Below, piece by piece: positions 48,270 to 60,455 of a DNA stretch of 64,000 nucleotides (the first letter of the stretch is position 1; each line of letters begins with the position of its first letter). The notes under the pieces were generated by a model. That model did no database searches, was not told where the DNA came from, and was given only the letters and a program-made list of their open reading frames with translations. The stretch lies in NCBI GenBank assembly GCA_038087875.1, contig CM075977.1:279000001-279064000 (forward strand), given 5' to 3'. The position numbers and the translations under genes were made by a program. The stretch comes from Malacoraja senta. Lineage: Eukaryota.

Positions 48270-49208
48270 ACATTAGCAAATTTGCAGATGCCACAAAGCT
48301 GGGTGGCAGTGTGAACTGTGAGGAGGATGCTAAGAGAATGCAGGGTGACTTGGACAGGTTGGGGGAGTGGGGAGATGTATGGCAGATAAAGTTTAATGCG
48401 GATAAATGTGAGGTTATCTACTTTGGGAGCAAAAACAGGAAGGCAGATTACTATCTAAATGGCGTCAAGTTGGGAAAAGGGGTAGTACAACGGGATCTGG
48501 GGGTCCTTGTACATCAGTCTATGAAAGTAACCATGCAGGTACAGCAGGCAGTGAAGAAAGCGAATGGCATGTTGGCCTTCATAACAAGAGGAATCGAATA
48601 TAGGAGCAAAGAGGTCCTTCTGCAGTTGTACAGAGCCCCAGTGAGACCACACCTGGAGTATTGTGTGCAGTTTTGGTCCCCTAATTTGAGGAATGAAATT
48701 CTTGCTATTGAGGGAGTGCAGCGTAGGTTTACAAGGTTAATTCCCGGGATGTTGGGACTGTCATATGCTGAGAGAATGGAGCAGCTGGGCTTGTACACTC
48801 TGGAGTTTAGAAGGATGAGAGGGTATCTCATTGGAACATATAAGATTGTTAAGGGTTTGGACACGCTAGAGGCAGGAAACATGTTCCCCATGTTGGAGGA
48901 GTCCAGAACCAGGGGCTACAGTTTAAGAATAAGAAGTAAGCCATTTAAAACGGAGACGAGAAAACACTTTTTCTCACAGAGAGTGGTGAGTCTGTGGAAT
49001 TCTCCGCCTCAGAGGGTGGTAGAGGCACTTTCTCTGGATGCTTTCAAGAGAGAGCTAGATAGGGCTCTTAAAAATAGCGGTCAGGGGATATGGGGAGAAG
49101 GCAGGAACGGGGTACTGATTGGGGATGATCAGCCATGATCACATTGAATGGCGGTGCTGGCTCGAAGGGCCGAATGGCCTACTCCTGCACCTATTGTCTA
49201 TTGTCTAT
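48270..49208 (+). mobile_element. Young 5'-truncated CR1 LINE: RT C-terminal ORF 48311..49138 plus 3' UTR
   Basis: SKFADATKL..DLDRL..W..KFNADKC..RDLGV..RPHLEYCVQFWSP..QRRFTRLIPG..RTRG..FSQRVV; (attgtct)n tail. Confidence 0.95.
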
Positions 49209-51044
49209 AATCTGATCAGCCCCAGAGATTTATCTACCTTCATATGTTTTAAGACGTCCAACATCTCCTCTAATGTATTGAGGAAAATATTTGTTCAGCC
49301 CTCTGCCGTCCCCATAGCAGAAGCGTCCACGTCGCGGGGCTGGAAACTGGAAGTATCCTGAGCTAACTCTGCTACCGCCATCATCTACTGCGACAAGTGA
49401 TGGCTCCCAGTGATTGTCGCCGGAAGCTTGCGTCCTTTTCAGGACGGACGATGACAGCGAGGCCAACATTTGTGACAAGATGGACACGAAAAGAAGAAGC
49501 CCTCTGCCGAGTGATTATAAGGGACAAGATATTGAACATGATTTCCGCTCTACAATGTCCTGCAACGCTCGTCCCAGATGGGTCATTTTCAATAAAAATA
49601 TCCAGTGCCCTTCCAGTAGCACCAAGATCTTGGACCTCAGGCACAAGCTCAATCCTTGTTGGCAAACCCACAATCAAACAGTGGCTGGTGAACCACTCCC
49701 ATGACCATCTGCTCCAACATTTGAGAGCACTTGAATTTCCAGGCCAGTGAATTAGATTTTTGTTTCTTTAGGATTTGTCTGTACTTTAGAGTGATACAGT
49801 GTGGAAACAGGCCCTTCGGCCCAACTTGCCCACACCAGTCAACATGTCCCCGCATTTGGTCCATATCCCTCCAAACCTGTCCTATCCATGTACCCATCTA
49901 ATTGCTTGTTAAATGTTGGGATAGTCCCAGCCTCAACTACCTCCTCTGGCAGCTTGTTCCATACACCCACCACCTTTTGTGTTGATAAGTTCCAAAAGCC
50001 TTAGTCTCTTCTCATTGCGTTTGGTCTGGCTGACCCAACGCGACTTGACTCGGCAAAAGAATACCAATCTAAGATGGAATTGCAGACAGTGGGCTGGCTG
50101 TATGCTGATGAGTTCATCAGTTTAATATTCTCCCCAGCCGTCCTATTAGCCATCTGTCTTGTCTCTGAGCAAATTGCATGATAAACCACACAACACGCCA
50201 TCTCAGACACTGATAAAGTGAACGCATGACTGAAATTAGGTTCTATTTCCCAAGGCACCTTCTGAAAACAATGTATGAACTGTTAAGAGGTCTGGGTTTA
50301 TATTTACTTTCTTGTCTATTCTTGGCTCCCAAAAATATCTCCATCGTAATCATTCAGCTGAATTAATTGTAAAAGTTTACGAGGAAGTTGTCACGTTCAG
50401 GATATTCTGACCATATATTCACAGAAAGGGTTGTGATAAGGTCATAAGTGATAGGAGTAGAATTAGGCCATTCGGCCCATCAAGTATACTCCTCCATTCC
50501 ATCATGGCTGATCTTTCTCTCCCTCCTAACCCCATTCTCCTGCCTTCTCCCCATAACCTCTGACAAAAAAATGTTGTTTAATGGCAATGTTAATATCCCA
50601 AGGTTTATAAATTGCCCATTGATGTGCAGTTGTTCCCTCAGAAACAATTACAACAATTAGCTCAAGTATAAGATAGTAAAAGTTGGGACAGAGGAAACAA
50701 CTCATGCTACAACTTTGCAAAAATCCTATGATTTCCTGAATTTGCATCACAACATTTGTTTTTGTTCAAACATAGAAAATAGGTGCAGGAGTAGGCCATT
50801 CGGCCCCCTCGAGCCAGCACTGCCATTCAATATGACCATGGCTGATCATCCAGAATCAGTACCCCGTTCCTGCTTTCTCCCCATATCCCTTGATTCCATT
50901 AGCCCTAAGAGCTATATCTAACTCTCTCTTGAAAACATCCAGCGAATTGACCCCCACTGCCTTCTGTGGCAAATAATTACACAGATTCACAACTCACTGG
51001 GTGAAAAGAGTGAGAAATATGTGAGAAACAACTGGCTGCCTCTG

Positions 51045-51587
51045 CTTGGGCAGCATGATCGTTTCACTGAACACCTCCGCTCAGTCCGCCTAAATCAACC
51101 TGATCTCCCGGATGCGAAACACTTCAACTCCCCCTCCCATTCCTACACTCACCTTTCTGTCCTGGGCCTCCTCCATTGTCAGAGTGAGGCCCAACGCGAA
51201 TTGGAGGAACAGCACCTCATATTTCGCTTGGGCAGCTTACAGCCCAGCGGTATGAACATAGATTTCTCCAAGTTCAAGTAACCCTTGCTTTCCCTATCTC
51301 TCCATCCCTCTCCCATCCTAGTTCTCCAACTAGTTTCACTGTCTCCTGATTAAATTTTACTGATTGTATGCCTCGTTGTCACCTTCCCCTCAGCCACCAA
51401 TGAACTTTTCCACATTTCCTTTCCATGGATCTGCGTTTTCACACCTTACCCTTCAATATCTCTATGTCTCACTCTTCCCTGGCTCTCACTCTGAAGAAGG
51501 GCCTCGACCCAAAACATCACCCATTCCTTCTCTCCAGAGATGCTGCCTGTCCTGTTGAGTTACTCCAGCATTTTGTGTTTATCTTCA
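51045..51587 (+). mobile_element. Penelope-like element 3' part in sense orientation
   Basis: DRFTEHLRSV..HFNSP..LEEQHLIFRLGSLQPSGMNIDF*, followed by pLTR with ctgaagaagggcctcgacccaaaac. Confidence 0.9.
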
Positions 51588-52020
51588 GCATGATCAAGTG
51601 CAGGTGACTACACGCTCTGGTCCAAACAGTCAAGAGCTTTATTCTGCTGAGCTTAAGTAATGTGACAAACTTATTGGAGTAGTTTAGTGTATTAATTATA
51701 GTTATATCATTCTGCAAAAATAGATTGTAATAGAAGAAACTGATCAATTCTGTTGCTGGACATTTGCACCAAACTGCAAAACCATTTATGAATTTTGGGT
51801 GAGTTAACTTCTGACTTTAAACCATGAAAGATGCTTAATGTTTCACTACAAGCCTTGCCTCATCGAGTATTTGGTTAGGCACTGGAGAAATTGAAAGGAT
51901 GCATATGCGAAAGGCAAATATCTTAACTCTGACCACAAGGAGTTGCTACTGTTGCATGCTTGGTTATTGTCTGTGTGGCCAAATGCACAGAATGCAAGTC
52001 ACATCTCAGAATAAATGATA

Positions 52021-52606
52021 AGGGCCTGCCCCACTTAGGCGATTTTTTTCAGCCACTTCAGGCAACTAGGCTGTCGCTACGTGGTCGCGGGGTGACGCCT
52101 GTATGGTCTTGAGTTATCTCCTCAAGTCGCCTAAAGAGTCGTAACTTTTCTCTTGTCACCGCTGGATTTTGAAATGTTCAAAACTTTTCGGCGACTGTGG
52201 GCTTGGCGTAGCTTGTCTTCTCCTGTCGTAGGTGCTGTCGTAGGTTGTCGCCAGGATGATGCAGGCTGTCGCCAGGTGACGTAGGTTGTCGCCGGGTGCT
52301 GACCGATGAATTCCAATGGCGACTACCTACGTCAACCGGCGACTGAATTGTCTTCAGTTGTCACCGACAGGGTCGTAGCTTGACTTCAGTTGTCGCCTGT
52401 GTGATCGTAGGTTGTTATAGGTGTGGTCATGGGTGGACGTCCTAATGGGTTGCCGGTTGTTGGTAGCTTGATGTTGACTAGGTGGTAGGTTATCGTAGAC
52501 ATTGTCGTAGGGGGGGGGTCCAGTCGCCGGTTTTTCAGCGACCTGCTACGACTGTGACTGTCGTCGGCAGTCGCCGAAAAAAATCACCCGAGTGGGACGG
52601 GCACTT
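52021..52606. mobile_element. Harbinger-like MITE with internal gtcgtag/ttgtcgcc array
   Basis: agggcctgccccacttaggcgattttttt...aaaaaaatcacccgagtgggacgggcactt|taa. Confidence 0.75.
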
Positions 52607-52654
52607 TAAGGGAACAACCATGCTACTCTTCTAGAAAACATCAATGACAGAATT

Positions 52655-53160
52655 ACAATACAATACAATATGATTGAACTTTATTTATCCCAGGAGGAAA
52701 ATTGACCTACCAATGGTCACAAAACACAAGCTACTTGAAACATAAAATTAAAGTGATGAGTGGAAAGGATTGGGGATGTGCAAAGATTGGGGAGGTGGGG
52801 GGGGGGGGTCAGTCTCAGTCTACCCCACAACAGAAGGGGGAGGAGTTGTATAGTTTGATAGCCACAGGGAAGAAGGATCGCCTGTGGCGTTCTGTGCTGC
52901 ATCTTGGTGGAACCAGCCTGTTGCTGAAGGTACTCCTGGAGGGGGTGAGCTGTATTGTCCAGGATGCTCCGCAGTTTGAGGAGCATCCTCCCCTCCAAGA
53001 CCGTCTCCCATGAATCCAACTCCGCCCCCAGGACGGAGCCAGCCTTCCTGATGAGTTTGTTCATCCTATTGGCATCCGCGGCCTTCGCCCTGCTGCCCCA
53101 GCACACGGCAGCGAAGATGGCACTGGCTACCAATGATTGGTAGAACATCTGCAGCAACTT
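52655..53160 (-). mobile_element. Rex1-like LINE 3' fragment (second subfamily)
   Basis: ORF 52717..53217 FYQSLVASAIFAAVCWG..KLIRKAGSVLG..ILDNTAHPL; (attgt)n tail. Confidence 0.8.
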
Positions 53161-55949
53161 AATGCAGTTATTTATCAATTTGTAACAGTGCATTAAGCAA
53201 AATTCACTGAAGAGCAACAGATTTTACAGACTATGCTGGTGAAAATATCTCAAATTTAGTTCTCATGCTTTGAAAAGGATTGAATTGCAATTTGTAGCTG
53301 CATGATAGAATGATTTTGAACTTGTACTAACTTGCAATGCATGCCTCCTGTAGGTGCTGTGGGAAATAATCAGTTGCAAAGTCATAACTTTTGCCTCACA
53401 TCATGTCTACATTTCTTCCGAAACCAGCAGTCATACATTACACACACACCATTCAAACCACAAAGCCCCAGAGATTGCCGACTTCAAAGAACAAATCTCA
53501 TCCATGCTCAAACTAAGTCCAAGTTTCCAAAGAAAGGTACTAATGAAAAAACAGATCCTGGCTGTTCACAAACCAGGCCACACACAAAGACCTGACCTTT
53601 CTCAGCCAAACCAGACACGCAGTTTTACTGCTTATTAATTTAAAACAATAATTTATACATTGCTACTTTCCACCAACTGGCCACTTATAACTATTTGGTT
53701 CTCTCAGAGCTGACAATACTGTGTCAATGGTGTAAAAGCTATCAGTGGGCTCCTCCCTAGATAGTTTTATTCTTTATTACATTTTGAAAACCCAGTTTCC
53801 TTTAATGCATAACTTTGGGAAGTATTACGACTAATTCCAGACTCCTATCCAGTAAAATCCCAGATGCATCATAAAGAAACCTTCACGTTTGGGTGCCCTG
53901 CTCTGCGGCCAAATGCTCCTTCTGGTTGTGGATGTCAAATTGACATTAATCAAAAATCAAGAGCGTGCAGGTTCCTGGTGTTTATTCACAACTCCAGGCT
54001 CGTCTGTGACATCTAAAAAACCCACAAAGACAAGCTCCCAACGGCAACAAACCTTCACGCACAAAACCCTTGCCTCAGGAACTTTTAGGACCATCTCCAC
54101 TGAGATATGTCATACATGACACTTCTCTGCCCGCTGCTGCATAACTAAAGTTAAATAAATGCACCTCATGCAAATTTCCAAGGGCTGACTCTTGGTGAAT
54201 GCAACTTCTGCATTCATTCCAAAAAGGAGCACGGACCCTACATGGCAGGTCATGTCTCACTAACCTGATTGAGCTTTTTGAGGAGATGACAAAGAAGATT
54301 GATAAAGGTAGGGCGGTGGATGTTGTGGACATGGATTTTAGTGAGGCTTCTGATAAGGTCCCTCATGGTAGGCTGATCAGGGCTCGAAATTAGCGGTTGC
54401 CCGGGTGCCATTGGCAACCTACAGTCATGCCGGGCAACCTAAAAGCCATGCCATTTTGCCAGGCTTCGCAAGCACCCAGGACACCTATTGTTTAATTCTG
54501 AGCGGGCCCCCTCTCTATCTCTCTCTCTGTCACTCTCCATCTCCACCTGCCATCTGTATCCGTATCCGTGTCCAGCTCTCGGCTCTCCGGCTGCTCCTCA
54601 TCTGCCGGCACGGCAGCCCGCCTTATACATGCGCACTGCCATGGCCAGCACATCCTCCCCCTGCACATGTGCACAACCACGGCCAGCACATCATCGGCCG
54701 TGGTTGTGCGCATGTGCCGCCCTGCACATGCGCACTGCCATGGCAACTGGTCGACGTCGGCCACTTTCTCCCTCCCTTTGCATTGTGGGAGATCTGGCCG
54801 CCATTGCTGTCTGGTCGCCGCCTCACCGCGACCGCTGAAAACCAACGCAGAATCACTCCCTGGAGCTGGAGTAACTCCCTGGAGTAACTCTTGCTTCTTG
54901 GTCCTCCAAAAATATTCGTAATGGAATTTAAACTGGAGTGGACCCAGCACCACTAAACTCTGAAAAATAACAGCCTATTGCATTTTATCTGTTTATTTAT
55001 TGTGTATATATATGGTCTATGGTATATAGACACACTGAACTTTTATCTCCTGTTCTGTATTATGTTTACATATTCTGTTGTGCCGCAGCAAGCAAGAATT
55101 TCATTGTCCTATCTGGGACATTACAATAAAACTCTCTTGACTTGGACTTAAGCAAAAAAGAGTTCTTGGGGAAAAAAGAGCTACCTTAAATTTAGTTGCG
55201 TCTGGTTGGTACCTATGGTAGGGTGAAGACTATTCCATGCTTTAATTGTGCGGGGGAACTCCATGGAGCAGCCAGCATCTCTGGATAGAAGAAATTGGGT
55301 GACGTTTCGGGTGGAGACCCTTCTTTAGATTTCCTCTGGTTTTAGCGTTTTTAGTTTAATTTATAGATACAGCCTAGAAACAGGCCCTTTGGCCCACCGA
55401 GTCCATGCCGACCACCGATCACTCGTACACTAGTTCTATTCCACACATTAGCGATGGAAGTCAATAGTCAAGAGTGTTTTATTCTCACACATCCCAGTTA
55501 GAACAATGAAATCCTTACTTGCAGCAGAATAACAGAATATGTAAACATAGTACTCTGTAAATAATGTTATAAACGAGAAAACAAAACTCCATACAGACAG
55601 CAACCATATTCAGGATCAATTCCGGGTCTCTGGCAATTTTAGGCAGCAACTTTATGGCCAATGTACTGCCCCATAGTCTTGAACTGAATTAAAACATACA
55701 ATAGCTGTAAAGGGGGAAATAGCGTCACTTAGAGATTTAAGACTGAAAATGGATAGTTTCTTTTTTTTTTTTAGTAACCAAAGTTATCAACGTATAATTT
55801 TTTATGTGTTGCAAAATAAAATATAGTGGCACAGCTGGTAGACTTGCTGCCTCACACGACAGAAATCTGTGTTCGATCCTGTCCTCGGGCACAGTCTGTG
55901 TTGAATTTGCACATTCTCCCTGCAAGCGTGTGGGTTTCCTCCCACATCC

Positions 55950-56378
55950 TGGGCTTATACTCGCTACAATTTAGGAGATTGAGAAGGGATCTTATAGAAA
56001 CGTACAAAATTCTTATGGGGTTGGACAGGCTAGATGCAGGAAGATTGTTCCCGATGTTGGGGAAGTCCAGGACAAGGGGTCACAGCTTAAGGATAAGGGG
56101 GAAATCCTTTAAGACCGAGATGAGGAAAAACTTTTTCACACAGAGAGTGGTGAATCTTTGGAACTCTCTGCCACAGAGGGTAGTTGAGGCCAGTTCATTG
56201 GCTATATTTAAGAGGGAGTTAGATGCGGCCCTTGTGGCTAAGGGGATCAGGGGGTATGGAGAGAAGGCAGGTACGGGATACTGAGTTGGATGATCAGCCA
56301 TGATCATATTGAATGGCGGTGCAGGTTCGAAGGGCCGAATGGCCTACTCCTGCACCTATTTTCTATGTATCTATGTAT
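55950..56378 (+). mobile_element. CR1 3' fragment nested in an HE1-like SINE (55825-56470)
   Basis: LGLYSLQFRRLRRDLIETYK..NFFTQRVVNLWNSLP; SINE head upstream and SINE body downstream. Confidence 0.85.
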
Positions 56379-56481
56379 CCCAAAGATGCATTGGCTTTGT
56401 AGGTTAACATGTCTCTGTAAAATTGCCCCTAATGTGTTGGGAGTGGGTGAGGAAAGTGGGATAACAGAACTTGTGTCAATG

Positions 56482-57660
56482 GGTAGACAAAAATGCTGGA
56501 GAAACTCAGCAGGTGAGGCAGCATCTATGGAGTGAAGGAAATTGGCGACCTTTCAGGTCGAGACCCTTCTTCAGACTGATGTGAGGGTGCGGGGGGGCGG
56601 GAAGAAGAAAGGAAGAAGCGGAGACAGTGGGCTGAGGGAGACCTGGGAAGCGGAGGAGAAAGCAGGGACTACCTGAAATTGGAGGTCAATGTTCATACTG
56701 CTGGGTGTAAACTGCCCAAGCGAAATATGAGGTGCTGCTCCTCCAATTTACAGTGGGCCTCACTCTGGTCATGGAGGAGGCCCAGGACAGAAAGGTTGGA
56801 TTCGTAATGGGAGGGTGAGTTGAAGTGCTGGGCCACCGGGAGATCAGGTTGGTTATTGTGAACCGAGCGGAGGTGTTGGGCGAAGCGATCGCCAAGCCTA
56901 CGCTTGGTCTCACAGATGTAGGGCAGCTGACACCTAGAGCAGCGGATGCAATAGATGAGGTTGGAGGAGGTGCAGGTGAACCTCTGCCGCACCTGGAAAG
57001 ACTTCATAGGTCCTTGAATGGAGTTAAGGGGGGGGGGGGGTAAAACGACAAGTGTAGCATTTCCTGCAGTTGCAAGGGAAAGTGCCAGGAGAGGGGGTGG
57101 TTTTGGTGGGAAGGGACGAATTGACCAGGGAGTTACGGAGGGAGCGGTCTATGCAGAAAGCCGACAGGGGAGGAGATGGGAAGATGTGGACAGTGGTGGG
57201 ATCCCGTTGGGAGACAAAGCTGGAGAAAATCAGCGGGTGAGGCAGCATCTATGGAGCGAAGGAATAGGCGACGTTTCGGGTCGAGACCCTTCTTCAGACT
57301 GATGTCGGGTGGGGTGGGGGGGGGGCGGGAAAAAGAAATGAAGAGGCGGAGGCAGCAGGCTGTGGGAGAGCTGGGAATGGGAGGGGAAGGAGGGAGAAAT
57401 CAAGGGCTACCTGAAATTGGAGAAGCCAATGTTCATACCGCTGTGGTGTAAACTACCCAAGCAAAATATGAGGGGCTGTTCCTCCAATTTGCAGTGGGCC
57501 TCCCTCTGGCCATGGAGGAGGCCCAGGACAGAAAGGTCGGATTCGGAATGGGAGGGGGAGCTGAAGTGCTGAGCCACCAGGAGATCAGGTTGGTTGTTGC
57601 GAACTGAGTGGAGGTGTTGTGCGAAGCGATCGCCAAGCCTGCGCTTGGTCTCACCGAGGT
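56482..57660 (-). mobile_element. Two tandem Penelope-like (Neptune-type) 3' segments: Cys-rich linker, GIY-YIG endonuclease, pLTR
   Basis: GTFPCNCRKCYTC (ORF 57024..57248); NLIYCIRC..YICETKRRLGDRFAQH..LEEQHLIFRL (ORF 56693..57007); second copy in ORF 57407..57727; pLTR hammerhead cores near 56545-56575 and 57268-57300. Confidence 0.9.
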
Positions 57661-59024
57661 TGATCATATGCTGAATAATCCAACCACATTTTTGTTTGGA
57701 AGTGGAAAGAGATAATAGAAATTGCATTCATTGCAATGTGTAAAAAGAGTTGAGACACTGTATTATAATTTTGCTGCATGTATTTGTGGTCTATATCATG
57801 TCTTGATTGGTGAATATGTTTAGTTTGCGACTTTATTTGAAGCAGAAATAATATGTGAATGCTTCATTGACCATAATTCTGACGTAACTACGCACTTCGT
57901 CCGAGCACATTATCGCACGCGTCATGCAAACCATCTTAAATGACCACCTAAACTATCATTTGGCAACATAAAAAGCTGCCAAGGTTGCCCGGCTGACAAC
58001 AGGGAAAAAAAGTTAAGTGAGAGCCCTGCTGATCCAGAAGATGAACGGGATTCATGGTGACTTGGCCATATGGATTTGGAGCTGGCTTGTTCATAGAAGA
58101 CAGAGGGTTTGGTGGAAGGTGGATATTCTGGCTGGAGGTGTGTGATCAGTGGAGTTCCACATGGATCTGTGCTGGGATCTCTGTTGTTCGTGATATATAT
58201 ATATATGACCTGGCCGTAAATGTAGATGGATCGGTGAGTGAGTTGCAAACAGTGAGGAAGGCTGACAGAAGATACAGTACGATATAGATCAGCTGGAGAA
58301 ATGGGCAGAGAAATGGCAGATGGAGTTTAACCCAAGCAAGTGTAAGGAGGTTGAATGTAACAGTATAATATACAGTTAATGGCAAGACCCTTAACAGCAT
58401 TGATGTGCAGAGGGTTCTTGGAGTCTCAGTTCATAGCTCACTGATGGTGGCATAGATAGTAGATAGAGTGATAATGAAGGCACGTGACCTTGCCTTCATC
58501 GCGAGGGGCATTGAATACAAGAGTCCTGATGGAACTCTGTAGGACTTTGGTTGGGCTGCATTTAGAGCATTGCATGCAGTTCTGTTCACCCCATTACAGA
58601 AAAGATGTGGAAGCAGAGGTGGTTTACCAGAATACTGCCGCCTGGATTAGAGGGCTTCAGCTACAGGGAGAGGTTGGATTGACTTGGATTTTTTCGGAAT
58701 ATGGGAGGCCGAGGGAAGTCTATATAAAATTATGGATGTATATAACATTACGAGAGGTAGACAGTCAATACTTTTTCTCCCAGGGTAAAAATGTCAAAGA
58801 CTACAGGACATAGCTATAAGGCAAGAGGGGGGAAATGTTTCATGGAGATGTGTAGGGGCAAGTTTCTTTTTTACACAGAGGGTGGTGAGGGCTTGGAACA
58901 CACTGCCAGGGGTGGTGGTGGAGGCAGATACGATAGTGGTGTTTAAGAGAGTTTTAAACAGGAACATGTAAGGAATGTTGCAGGCAAATATGTTGAATGT
59001 TGCAGGCAAATATATTACAGGCTG

Positions 59025-59328
59025 ATTAGAGAGTCTCGGACTAGAGGTCATAGCCTCAGAATTATAGGACGTTCTTTTAGGAAGAAGCAGACATTTCTTT
59101 AATCAGAGGGTGGTGAATCTGTGGAATTCTTTGCCACAGAAGGCTGTGGAGGCCAAGTCAGTGGATATTTTTAAGGCAGGGGTAGATATATTCTTGATTA
59201 GTACGGGTGTCAGAGGTTTTGGGGATAAGGCAGGAGAATGGGGTTAGGAGGGAGAGATAGATCACCCATGATTAAATGGCGCAGTAGACTTGATGGGCCA
59301 AATTGCCTAATTCTGCTCCTATCACTTG
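59025..59328 (+). mobile_element. CR1 LINE 3' fragment
   Basis: ggtcatagcctcagaatt...gtggaattctttgccacag...cctaattctgctcctatcactt. Confidence 0.85.
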
Positions 59329-60009
59329 GGATTGTAGGAAGATCCAATTATACCTCAGTGCCTCCAAATTGAAACCAAAGGAAAAAGAAGAAAAAAAATC
59401 AAAAGACACACACAGAACACATCTGCAGGTACGAATAAATGGAACGCATGACTTCAGGAAAGCAGAACATTCCTGCACCATGAAATGTCTATGGACACCG
59501 GCATCCTGTGATGTTTAATTGACTACAGTATTCTAACCAGAATCTCAATCTCAGACATTGCCATTGCCCGGAGGGTGAATAATGCAATTAGCACGCATTT
59601 CTCCAGGTCTAGCTACCGTTTCTTTTCCACTGTAGTCCACCGTGGGCTCATTAAACAAGACTCTGAAACAGCAGGTACCTTCCTGGTTCTCTTTGTACAA
59701 CACTCTCATTCCACCACAGGTCTGCCTGCAGCTATTAACAAATTGATCCAACATAGTTACATTGCAGCTGGTAGTAGCGAAGCTCACCCCATCACGTTTA
59801 CTTCCGGGTTACAGGAGATTGGGGGCCCAGCAGGAGAATTTCCGGCTGGCTCAGGCCCTGACGTGTTGTAAAATGACCTGCACCATAAACCTAATGGCCA
59901 CGTTGACATCTCAGCTCCACATTATGCAAACTCCAAATTTAAGAAAGTGAACAGGTTTTGATTTCTCATTTATTTTCCACAAGGGTGGCTTTATCGCAAA
60001 TAGGTCATC

Positions 60010-60455
60010 GCAACCAACCTCCCTTCCATCGACTCCATTTATACCTCACGCTGCCTCAGCAAGACCAGCAGCATAATCAAGGACGAGTGGCACCCTGGCC
60101 ACTCCCTCTTACCCCCTCTCCCTCTTCTCCCCTCTCCCATCAGGCAAAATCTATGGAAGTGTGAAAACGCACACCACCAGATTCAGGGACAGTTTCTTCC
60201 CAGCTGTTATCAGGCAACTGAACCATCCTATTTACAGATGAATCATCCATCATCTACCTCTTTGATGATCCTTGGACTATCCTTGATTGGACTTTGCTGG
60301 CTTTTCCTTGCATTAAACGTTATTCCCATATCATGTATCTATTAACTGGAAACGGATCGATTGTAATCATGTATTGTCTTTCTGCTGGCTGACTTTTCAC
60401 TGGACCTCGGTACACATGACAATAAACTAAACTGAATAAACTAAACTGAACTGAG
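60010..60455 (+). mobile_element. Rex1-like LINE 3' fragment
   Basis: YTSRCLSKTSSIIKD..RFRDSFFPAVIRQLN; catgacaataaa(ctaaa)n tail. Confidence 0.75.

Larger units (their letters stand above)
54378..58028. mobile_element. hAT-like composite DNA element with 5-bp TSD
   Basis: cagggctc...gagccctg termini; TSD ctgat at 54373-54377 and 58029-58033; ggttgccc/ggcaac motifs at both ends. Confidence 0.7.
54238..58980 (+). mobile_element. Old CR1 ORF2 split by a 3.65-kb insertion (CR1 parts 54238-54377 and 58029-58980)
   Basis: GRSCLTNLIELFEEMT..VDVVDMDFSEASDKVPHGRLI continues after the insert as ..SGVPHGSVLG..HLEHCMQFCSPHY. Confidence 0.8.

Noticed and set aside
48311-49138. Longest ORF (275 aa) as a host gene
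   Set aside because: It is the C-terminal part of CR1 ORF2 in a 5'-truncated insertion; the catalytic motif upstream reads FADA rather than FADD.
50001-50270. Possible minus-strand exon after a ttttcag acceptor-like site
   Set aside because: 85-aa frame has no recognisable homology and no partner exons; expected by chance.
54405-54953. Cluster of 116-160 aa ORFs
   Set aside because: GC-rich, internally repetitive left arm of the hAT-like element (19-bp repeat at 54627 and 54726); stop-poor composition and no transposase motifs.
59551-59950. Possible coding exon (overlapping 62-98 aa ORFs; tgcag acceptor-like site on minus)
   Set aside because: All three frames after the putative acceptor hit stops quickly and no protein family is recognisable.
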